Part shown: positions 21,122-29,485 of the stretch, piece after piece | How the letters are laid out: each line of letters opens with the position of its first letter | Numbering within the stretch: position 1 is the first letter of the stretch | From: Carpediemonas membranifera BICM | Lineage: Eukaryota > Protista > Fornicata | Direction: 5' to 3' | DNA: 64,000 nucleotides | NCBI GenBank assembly: GCA_019828565.1 | Contig: JAHDYR010000012.1 | Coordinates: 1,178,001-1,242,000 of the forward strand | The notes under the pieces: model-generated | What the model was told of the DNA's origin: nothing | The model's input: the letters and a program-made list of their open reading frames with translations, nothing else | Databases searched by the model: none | Position numbers and translations under genes: made by a program

Positions 21122-21898
21122 GTTGATTCTGAAACCTCCTTTCCTCGATATCAGATAATTTACCGATAATTTGCTTTAAACTGCGAAATAAAAACCTCGG
21201 CGGAGCAGACCGCTGTGACTGTCTCGAGTGCGTACGAGGGTGCTCTGCAGCGCGATCTGTGTGTGCCTCGGGCTATTTTTCTGCCATAGCAGTGCCCGCA
21301 GAAATTCACTCGAACTACCGTAAGGACAATGTCGTTCATTGACGCTGTACTTGAACTCCGCGCTCCCAAAGTTGATCAGGAAAAGGGCCTGATCTTCTGG
21401 ATCCTCAACATCATCCCTGGCCTCGGCACTACCATCGCCGCCTTCATGACGGGCGACGACGACAACAAGATCATCGGCATCATTCAGATCGTCCTTATCT
21501 TCGTCTCTTGGGTCCCCGCCGTTGGCCAGTTCATCTTCGTCTGCAACTGGGTCTTCAGCATCTTCTGGGGCTTCTTGATGTTCAGCGAGGCCCAGGGCAA
21601 GTCTCACGCCCGCGGCCCCCGTGGCAACAACGGCAAGCACAAGGGCGCTGGCCGCGGCAAGGGCCGTGGCAACGGCCACCACTAAGCGATAAACGCTGAG
21701 TCAGTTTGTTTCATGTGACCACTGAGCCACCCATCGGGCGGAGGCCACGAACGCTCGCTTGAAACTCGAATTTTACACGAAAGCTAAACATCACCGCTTC
21801 GGCAGGCCCACGATCTTCAGCCGCGGCCGCCGCGTCTCCTTCGCCACCAGCAGCTTCGCTGCCCCGGGGTTCGCCCGGAGGCCCTGCTGCACGACATC
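21122..21898. repeat. Right arm of 777-bp inverted duplication (probable donor copy)
   Basis: Contains the Stum gene and the 3' end of the 21791-25426 gene, which continues intact beyond the arm. Confidence 0.95.
21329..21685 (+). CDS. Spec3/Stum-family small membrane protein (copy 3, identical to copy 2)
   Basis: Identical 118-aa translation to copy 2. Confidence 0.75.
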   Translation: MSFIDAVLELRAPKVDQEKGLIFWILNIIPGLGTTIAAFMTGDDDNKIIGIIQIVLIFVSWVPAVGQFIFVCNWVFSIFWGFLMFSEAQGKSHARGPRGNNGKHKGAGRGKGRGNGHH

Positions 21899-24800
21899 GC
21901 GGTTGACCTTGCCGAACTTGACGATAACCTGTGAAGCGTTCTTCGAGTTGTCCTTGGTGATTCCGTCGAGGAACGCAGCCATGGTTTCCTCGGTCAGCGT
22001 CGGGGGCGAGAGGTCGATGAACCGGCCAAAGAACGCCATGGCCTTCGCCGGGTGCTGGAACAGGCCAGCGTAGACCTCATCCGCATGGGAAACCCACACG
22101 GGGCAGGCCAGCACCGCCTCGCACGTGGGGGCCCCGGTGTCATCGAGCTCCAGCAGCCGGCCGGTGTGGGGCAGCACAGCCGCGGGGAACGCTGGTAGTA
22201 CGGCCAGCACGACCTCCAGGGCCCGGGGTGGGGCGTCGGCACCGTACAGTGCCGCCTGGACGACCTCGAGCAGCCCTGTCGTCGACGGCGGGCCGGGGGC
22301 GGGGCAGTCGAGGACGACGTCCGCATGCTCGATGGCGTGCACCACCACGGCGGGCTGGAGGCCGCCGTCCGGATCCGACCAGGTTGCCGCGACCAGCGTC
22401 GACAGCGCCAGTCCGGCGGTCTGGAACACCTCGTCGACCGGGGCGTGTCCCGCGTCTATCAGGGCGGGCATGATAGCCCCGGTGTGCAGGGGATCGACTC
22501 GGACCTCCTCCAGGATCGCGGCGACGTGCTCGACGGGTAGTTCGAGGCCGTCCTTGATCAGCTGGGTCACGACAGCGAGGGACGACGACCTCGGGTGCGA
22601 CACTGACACGGCGGGTGGGCCCAGCGGTGAGGGCAGCGCCACAGTGACCTTGAACTCGTCTTCGGAGTCAGTCGAGTCAAGGTGCATGTTGGCGATGGCG
22701 TGGGCGACGAGGCGGTCCATGTGGCGCTTCTCGTCCTCATCCAGAGCATTGGAGATCGAGTGCAGCTTCTGCAGCAGGACCCCGTGTGCCGTCGTCCAGG
22801 CCGTCGTGTCGAACTCTGTGACGTTGAATGTCTTAACACCGGAGCCGATGATGGCGAGCGAGATCTCGGGCCGGGCGGCATCGACAGACTCGCACAGTCG
22901 CACGACCGCGGGGAACGTCGGGTTGAGTCGGGAGACGACGGCGATGGCCGCCTGGGTCAGGTCCGCGGAGGACGTCGGCTGCTCGACGAGGGCCGCGAGC
23001 TCTGCCACGCGCTGCACGGCGATCTCCAGTGGTCCTGCGTTATCACCCGCGATCATGCTGACGAGGATGGCGATGACAAGGGCGTGGGACGTGTCGTCGG
23101 TCGGCAGGGACGTCAGCCGGTCGATGATTAGCTCAAACTGCCGGCTCGATATACTATAAGTGGACGTGATAATGTAAATGGCGTATAGACATATGTAAAC
23201 GGACTGGCACGAGTCCAGCCTGTCGAGGAGATCGCCGACCATGTCTCTCTTGGTCAACAGGCGTACGGCGACGGCGAGGTCAACGGGGTCTGCGTCACTG
23301 ACGTCACAGAGGGCGAAGATCGTATCGCGGTTGATGTCATCGTCCTGCAGTCGAATCAGATAATCGATGCAATCTAGCGAATCTTGCGGATACAGCTGGA
23401 TCCCCTGTACTATCGCCCTGATCAGGCTGTCACGTCGGAGCCGAGTCATACCGGTGGCGTTGATCACCTTGGGCAAAGCTATGACCGCCTCTGCTCCCCG
23501 CAACATCAGCACGGCGGCCATGGCGATGAGCCGCTCGAGCATCTCGGGGTCCGCGGCCGTCACCAGGGTCGAGACGAGCGTCGCGGTGCCGCAGCGGGCA
23601 CAGGCGTCGAACTGGCGGGGCAGTGGCGTGTTTGCGAGGGCCCGGGCGATGGCAAGCAGGGTCTGGCCGTCGGGGTTCGGGCTGGAGGCCGCGACGTGGA
23701 GTCCGGCCCAGACGGCCGCGGTGGCGAGCCCGGAGTCGGCCTCAGGACCGGTCTGGTCGGCCGTCAGGGCCTCAAGGACGTCTGGAAGGGTTCTGGAGGC
23801 CGAACGGGACACCCGGATCGACGGCCACACCCCAACGCCGGCCAGTGCCATCGCCTGCAGCCCGCCACAGCGGAGAGTACCCTCGACTAGGACTCCCGCG
23901 ACAGTGGGGGTCTGGTAGGGGAGGACGGCAGCAAGTAGGGTCGCCACCTCGCCGACGGGCATGGCGCCGAGTGTCGCGAGAGTCGAAAGGGCGGCGTCCA
24001 CCGTCAGGGGGGGCGGGCGGACGTACGACAGGGCGTAGGACCGGAGCACGAAGAGGGCCGCCGGGCCGCTTGTCTGGACGAGACCGGAAACGTCGGTCGT
24101 GTCGAGCAGCCCGTACTCGCACGCTAGGACGAACAGGCGGTGTGGGGCAGCGAGGGCGTCGGGGGCAGGACTCAGCTGGGTCGTGTCGGCGGTCCCGGTC
24201 GACTCAAGGGCCGCGAGCCCCGCCCACACCAGCCGGAACAGGGGTCCGTCGGAGAGACACTTGTCCAGCACGGGGGAGAGGCCCACCAGGGCCGCCACGG
24301 CGTCGACGACGGCCAGGGCGTGAGAGGGGAGGGTGTCATGGCCGTGGACCCGGTCGACCAGGGCAGAGAAGGAGTCCGCCGCACCTCTGTCGCCCTGGAC
24401 GACCGACACGGCCGCACGCTCGAGCGGTGTGAGCTTTGCGGCCAGAGTCAGGGGCACCCGGACCTCGATAGCCGCAGCTGCCACGGCGGTCGGGCCGTCC
24501 ACGGGGTCGAGGGCCAGGCCGGTGAGGAAGGCAAGGTGGGTCCTCAGCACAGCGTCCCGGGTCCGGATGGCGTTGAACGGGACGACCCGGGCCGGCCCGA
24601 TCGACGAGAGGCGGTGCAGGACAAGGCGGGTCAGCAGGGGCGGGGGGTCGGGGTACGTCGCCGCCAGCTGCAGGGCGTGGGCCATAGCGCCGGCACTCCG
24701 CGAGGCCAGACCCGCGACCATGACCGCGGTGACCAGTGAGGGCGGGATGGCCTCGACGTCGACCAGCCGGTCCCGGATAGCGGGTACCAGGGCAGCGGTG

Positions 24801-25426
24801 ACGATTTCCGATGTCCTTGGCGACTCAATGAGCTGACTGGCGAGCTGGACGGCCTCCTCGACAGGGACGGCGGCCAGTCGTATCTCGAGTCCGTAAATGC
24901 CTGTCGGGGCGGTCAGGGGCCACTGGGCTGGGGCCTGCTGGGTGTACTCGAGCTCCACGAGTGCCCGCATCGCCAGTGTGAGCCGCGTGGACCTGTGGGG
25001 CCTGGTGGGGGCGGGAGCCGTCTCAGATAGGAGCGCCGCGAGCACCGTGAAGAGTGTGGTGGATGGCTGTGTCTTTCTGAGCTGTGCTGCAGCCTTTTCT
25101 GCCATCGTGGGCATGTCTGTGTGTGTAAAAACTGTGGGCACGAGCCGGCCAAGGCGGAGAAGAGCGGGGGCAGCGGCAGCGGGCTTGCGGCTGGCGAGAG
25201 AGGCAACTATAGTGTCTATAAGGCCCTCGGGTACTACATCGTAGGCTATGAGGCATTCTAAGAGTTCTATGGCCCGCGTATGGAGGGCGTGGCTGGGGTT
25301 TGAGCTGATCTCGGTGATGTCCGCCCACACGGACCTGAGAGGAGCCCCCTCCATGCCAGCGAGCGTTGATAGTACTGTATCAATGACAATGCATGGATCT
25401 GGGCTGGATTGTAGCCATTCCGACAT
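21791..25426 (-). CDS. Large HEAT/ARM-repeat-like protein (weak resemblance to HEATR5/Laa1 C-terminus)
   Basis: About 1210 aa, Leu/Ala-rich and helical; gtgtaaaa after the stop. Family not securely recognised. Confidence 0.6.
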   Translation of the reverse strand: MSEWLQSSPDPCIVIDTVLSTLAGMEGAPLRSVWADITEISSNPSHALHTRAIELLECLIAYDVVPEGLIDTIVASLASRKPAAAAPALLRLGRLVPTVFTHTDMPTMAEKAAAQLRKTQPSTTLFTVLAALLSETAPAPTRPHRSTRLTLAMRALVELEYTQQAPAQWPLTAPTGIYGLEIRLAAVPVEEAVQLASQLIESPRTSEIVTAALVPAIRDRLVDVEAIPPSLVTAVMVAGLASRSAGAMAHALQLAATYPDPPPLLTRLVLHRLSSIGPARVVPFNAIRTRDAVLRTHLAFLTGLALDPVDGPTAVAAAAIEVRVPLTLAAKLTPLERAAVSVVQGDRGAADSFSALVDRVHGHDTLPSHALAVVDAVAALVGLSPVLDKCLSDGPLFRLVWAGLAALESTGTADTTQLSPAPDALAAPHRLFVLACEYGLLDTTDVSGLVQTSGPAALFVLRSYALSYVRPPPLTVDAALSTLATLGAMPVGEVATLLAAVLPYQTPTVAGVLVEGTLRCGGLQAMALAGVGVWPSIRVSRSASRTLPDVLEALTADQTGPEADSGLATAAVWAGLHVAASSPNPDGQTLLAIARALANTPLPRQFDACARCGTATLVSTLVTAADPEMLERLIAMAAVLMLRGAEAVIALPKVINATGMTRLRRDSLIRAIVQGIQLYPQDSLDCIDYLIRLQDDDINRDTIFALCDVSDADPVDLAVAVRLLTKRDMVGDLLDRLDSCQSVYICLYAIYIITSTYSISSRQFELIIDRLTSLPTDDTSHALVIAILVSMIAGDNAGPLEIAVQRVAELAALVEQPTSSADLTQAAIAVVSRLNPTFPAVVRLCESVDAARPEISLAIIGSGVKTFNVTEFDTTAWTTAHGVLLQKLHSISNALDEDEKRHMDRLVAHAIANMHLDSTDSEDEFKVTVALPSPLGPPAVSVSHPRSSSLAVVTQLIKDGLELPVEHVAAILEEVRVDPLHTGAIMPALIDAGHAPVDEVFQTAGLALSTLVAATWSDPDGGLQPAVVVHAIEHADVVLDCPAPGPPSTTGLLEVVQAALYGADAPPRALEVVLAVLPAFPAAVLPHTGRLLELDDTGAPTCEAVLACPVWVSHADEVYAGLFQHPAKAMAFFGRFIDLSPPTLTEETMAAFLDGITKDNSKNASQVIVKFGKVNRDVVQQGLRANPGAAKLLVAKETRRPRLKIVGLPKR

Positions 25427-25766
25427 GGCCGGCCGGGAACTTGTTCTGACTATCACTCAAAATAGCATCTGATGGGCGGCCAGATATGCGCTGCCGATAC
25501 CTGGCAGCGCCTTGTTCGTCATGCTAGCCGGGCCGACTGGTATCTGCGACGGTGCGGGCCTAATCAAATGATTTCAACAAACAACGCTTCTTGCTGTGAC
25601 ACTGACGCCTCATGGAGGACGGAGAAACGCGAGAAGAGACAAATATTGACACAGAACCCGAGATTAACGAGAGTGGATACACCTCGCTGCTCTCCCTTGT
25701 CGAATCCGACGCAGAGGCGACAAAAAGGAACGTACGACGCCTCCACGCTTACACAGCTTCAAGAAG

Positions 25767-28700
25767 ATGGTCAGCTGGAACACAGATCCAATGCCCTTGC
25801 TCCATCTGGAGAACCGGTCCCGCGTCTTGCCCGACTCAGTCGTCGATGAGGACGAACGGCTCTTCCAGGCCCGCACTGACCCCTCCACCGCCCGGGGACT
25901 GTGGCTGGAGGATGAGATGTCGCCCAAGTGCTTCTTCTGCGGGTTAGAGTTCTCGACGATTCACCGCCGGTCCCACTGCAGGGGCTGCGGCCGGTGCTCG
26001 TGCCGCGCCTGCCTCACGACCGGCGTGCTGTTCCCCGGGTCCGCGGCCGTCAAGCTGTGCCACCGCTGCACCTCTCTGTGCGCCTTCACGGACCTCCCGG
26101 CGCTGGGCAGCGGTGAGCTGAAGCCCGAGTCGAAGCTCAGGGCCCCCGGGTCGGGGGTGTGGACGGTCTATCGCCCAATCGTCCCCACCAAGACGGTATG
26201 CGGGGCTGCCAGACTCAAGCGCTTTCTCCGGAAGTCCGGGCTCGTGTCAGTGTGGCAGGATGCGGTGTGGGGCGCCCTGTGCGAGCTGGAGTCGACGACA
26301 CCAATCCTGGCAGAGAATAACCAGACCGCCAGCATCAAGGACGTCGTCAGGGTCCTCGTAACCCGCACAGGCCCGAGCATGCCCCCGGCCGTCTCTACCG
26401 TGGACGGGTTTGTGCTGCACGGCCAACCCAGCCTCAGGACGCCGGCCACGACCATCGCCAATCCGCGTCTGTTGTGCATCAGCGGTGCGCTGGAGTACTG
26501 TCGCCGCGACATCACGACGAGCATGGAGCTCGTGCAGCAGCAGGCCGGCCTCTTTGCGTCCAAGCTGGCCCTGTTCTTCCATCGCATCGGGGTGAACCTG
26601 TTGTTCACACACGAGAAGCCGGAGTTCGAGGTCAAGCGCCGCCTCGCCATGGCCGGCATCACTGTCATCTCAGGCGTCAGCGAGACCATGCTGCGACGGA
26701 CGGCCAACGTCACCGGGACATTTGTATACCCCCTAAACCACCCGCACGCCGTCCCCGGCAAGGCACAAAGGTGCACCGTCGAGCGGGCTGTGGTGGACGG
26801 ACGCGAGGAGCACGTGGTGACGCTGCACGGATGCCCCACCCTCTCCGTGATGTCCCTCTGCGTCTCGGGCGAGGCCGAGGACACCAAGGCCGCCGTCGCG
26901 GTGGTGCGTCGGGCGGTGACACTCTGGCACACACTTAGACTCGAGCTGGGTCTCCTCCGGGACCTATCGCTGACGATGAACGTCTGCCCGTTCGACACCG
27001 ATCTGGGCGATGGGACGCTCGTCCTCAACCGGGTGCTGGTGCCGAAGACGAGGGACCTCACCCTCCAGACAATATGCTCAAAGAACGCCTTCCTCCGGAT
27101 GGACCTCCTCGGCAAGGGCGACGTCAGGCTTGGCGACTGGCTGGCCGCCATGGCATTCAGCGACAGAGACATCTGCCAGGCGTGTCGACAGCCAATGGCC
27201 GCCCACGACATGACGATGATTGCCCGACGCGTGCGGGTGCATGTTAAGGTCACCAAGATGGCCGGACATGCCCTGGGGGTCGACCCAACGCTGTCCAAGC
27301 TGTCGGCCAGCCACATCATCGCGGCGACATCGCACCGTGGTACCGATTGGATGCAGCGGGCCCATGTGATGTCGACGCAGGGCTACAACTCCTCCCTCAT
27401 GCATTACCTCCAGGGCCTGTTCGACGGTGATGACGTCGTTGACGCCAACGGGAGATCATGGCTTGATCTGCGTCATATATTTTTGTATCGGGGGATTATG
27501 GTGTCGATATCCCCGGAGCGGATATCGACCCTGACCCCCTCGACCCTGCTGATCGACCAACTCCCCTCCCCGGTCGACGGTGGGTTCTTCGAGATCAATG
27601 CGGTCAGACTCATTCAGCACGCGTTACACCTGCACCTCCTGGAGCAACTCAGCACACTCCGCAAGATCTGCACCGCGTCGGCCTGGGAGAAATGCCAGCG
27701 GGAGGCCGCGACCGTGTTCAACGCGGCCGTGGAGGGGTTTGAGGCGACCAATGAGGTGCTCCCGACCTCACCGTGGCAGACACGGGGCAGGCTGGTCCAT
27801 AACATGCTGCTGGTCGCCAAGAGCGCCAGCATCCAGGCGTGTAGCCTCGACGACATGCCGCCGCCAACCGCCGTCCGGCACGGCAACACGGTGCAGGCGA
27901 TGCTGTCGCTGGAGATCGGGCAGTTCGACGCGCCCAAGCAGGTCTCCCTGACCGATCTCTTCAAGACCCAGCCCGACAACGCGGCCGGGACGTACGACCG
28001 TGCGGACCTCGAGCTGCTCATCGACTCCGAGCCGATGCCCGCCCCCCACATACCGCAGACGCAGGAGGAGGCCATCCGGGACGTCCGCGCCATGATCGAC
28101 GCCGCCGACGCCGAGCACGCGCCCCTGGAGCTGCGGGACGTCCACCGGATGGGCCCCCTTTTGGGGCTCAACCCCGTCCTCAACATGGGCACCGCTGACC
28201 TCGACGCCGCGACGTCCCTGGTCAGGTCGGTCAACCTTCCGACCTCTGTGGCGGCCACCGTCGTCTGCCCCGTCCTGCCTGATGAGCTGAGCTCTCTTGT
28301 GTGCCACGCCATCACGAGCGCGGAGTACATGGAGGTGCTGCGGAACCAGACGGCAGATCGGGTATCAAAGCACCAGATCGCGTTCAACCAGAACCCGCGA
28401 TATATACTTGACATACTTAACACACTGTACGATGACGATCTCCAGGGTAATATAGATTTCCTGAATCTAGATAATGAGCCCATCAACTTCGAATCATTCA
28501 TCAACAACATCGCACCACCCCGGGACGCCAGTGACATCGAGATCAGCCTCCCGCTGCCGTCCGTGACCGCCCGGCGTGACATCAACTATCGTCTAGACCG
28601 GGGCACTGACATCTTAGATTGCACCATCTTCTACCCCCTGGAGTTCCACGCGTTACGACAACACCACTTTGGCTCGCAGGACCTCTTCCTCCAGGCGATG

Positions 28701-29417
28701 ATGCGGTGCGCGCCCTTCTCCCCCAAGGGCGGCAAGAGCGGGTCGACTTTCCTGAGGACGCGGGATGGCAGGTTCATATTGAAGCAGGTCAGTCGGCTCG
28801 AGATGACGGCGTTCATCGACAACGCTAAGAGGTTCTTCACATATTGGTACTTGACGTCTACAGGCCGGGTCGCGACTGTGCTGGTGCCGACGTACGGGTT
28901 GTACTCCGTCACGATCGCCCACAAGACACGCGATGTACCGCCCTCGAAGCTCAACTTCGTTGTCATCGCGAACGTCTCATATGGACGCGACGTCCTTGCC
29001 CGCTACGACCTCAAGGGCAGCATGCGGAACCGTCTCGTAGACCGGGCGACCACGGAGGACGTCGCCCAGGACATGAACGTGGTAACCGACTTCCAGAACA
29101 ACCGGCTGCTCTTCAAGGTGCCCGACCGCGACGAGATGCTCATCAAGCTCCACAACGACAGCCTCTTCCTCTCTCGGGCGGGTGTGATCGATTACAGCCT
29201 CTTCCTGCACGTAGACGGGCAACGCTTCGTCGGCTTGGCCATTATTGACTATATCAGATCTTACACGATCGGCAAGCAGGTGGAGAGCGTCTTAAAGTCG
29301 CTCCAACCGCAGTCGCAGCCGCCGACCATCATCAACCCCCTCGACTACCGTCTGAGGTTCACACAGGCGATGACGAACTTCTTCACGGCAGTTCCTGACG
29401 CCGATAAGGTTGGGTAG
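25767..29417 (+). CDS. FAB1: PIKfyve/Fab1 phosphatidylinositol-3-phosphate 5-kinase (possible upstream exon from 25612)
   Basis: FYVE (WLEDE...CFFC...RRSHCRGCG), CCT-like domain, GGKSGSTF, YDLKGSMRNR, IDYSL, IIDYIRSYT, PTIINPLDYRLRF. Confidence 0.93.
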   Translation: MVSWNTDPMPLLHLENRSRVLPDSVVDEDERLFQARTDPSTARGLWLEDEMSPKCFFCGLEFSTIHRRSHCRGCGRCSCRACLTTGVLFPGSAAVKLCHRCTSLCAFTDLPALGSGELKPESKLRAPGSGVWTVYRPIVPTKTVCGAARLKRFLRKSGLVSVWQDAVWGALCELESTTPILAENNQTASIKDVVRVLVTRTGPSMPPAVSTVDGFVLHGQPSLRTPATTIANPRLLCISGALEYCRRDITTSMELVQQQAGLFASKLALFFHRIGVNLLFTHEKPEFEVKRRLAMAGITVISGVSETMLRRTANVTGTFVYPLNHPHAVPGKAQRCTVERAVVDGREEHVVTLHGCPTLSVMSLCVSGEAEDTKAAVAVVRRAVTLWHTLRLELGLLRDLSLTMNVCPFDTDLGDGTLVLNRVLVPKTRDLTLQTICSKNAFLRMDLLGKGDVRLGDWLAAMAFSDRDICQACRQPMAAHDMTMIARRVRVHVKVTKMAGHALGVDPTLSKLSASHIIAATSHRGTDWMQRAHVMSTQGYNSSLMHYLQGLFDGDDVVDANGRSWLDLRHIFLYRGIMVSISPERISTLTPSTLLIDQLPSPVDGGFFEINAVRLIQHALHLHLLEQLSTLRKICTASAWEKCQREAATVFNAAVEGFEATNEVLPTSPWQTRGRLVHNMLLVAKSASIQACSLDDMPPPTAVRHGNTVQAMLSLEIGQFDAPKQVSLTDLFKTQPDNAAGTYDRADLELLIDSEPMPAPHIPQTQEEAIRDVRAMIDAADAEHAPLELRDVHRMGPLLGLNPVLNMGTADLDAATSLVRSVNLPTSVAATVVCPVLPDELSSLVCHAITSAEYMEVLRNQTADRVSKHQIAFNQNPRYILDILNTLYDDDLQGNIDFLNLDNEPINFESFINNIAPPRDASDIEISLPLPSVTARRDINYRLDRGTDILDCTIFYPLEFHALRQHHFGSQDLFLQAMMRCAPFSPKGGKSGSTFLRTRDGRFILKQVSRLEMTAFIDNAKRFFTYWYLTSTGRVATVLVPTYGLYSVTIAHKTRDVPPSKLNFVVIANVSYGRDVLARYDLKGSMRNRLVDRATTEDVAQDMNVVTDFQNNRLLFKVPDRDEMLIKLHNDSLFLSRAGVIDYSLFLHVDGQRFVGLAIIDYIRSYTIGKQVESVLKSLQPQSQPPTIINPLDYRLRFTQAMTNFFTAVPDADKVG

Positions 29418-29485
29418 GCAGATATTATTTAAAGTATTATTTAAAGTAGCAGGCTTGCGCGAAAAAAAACTGGTTTAAAAAAAGC

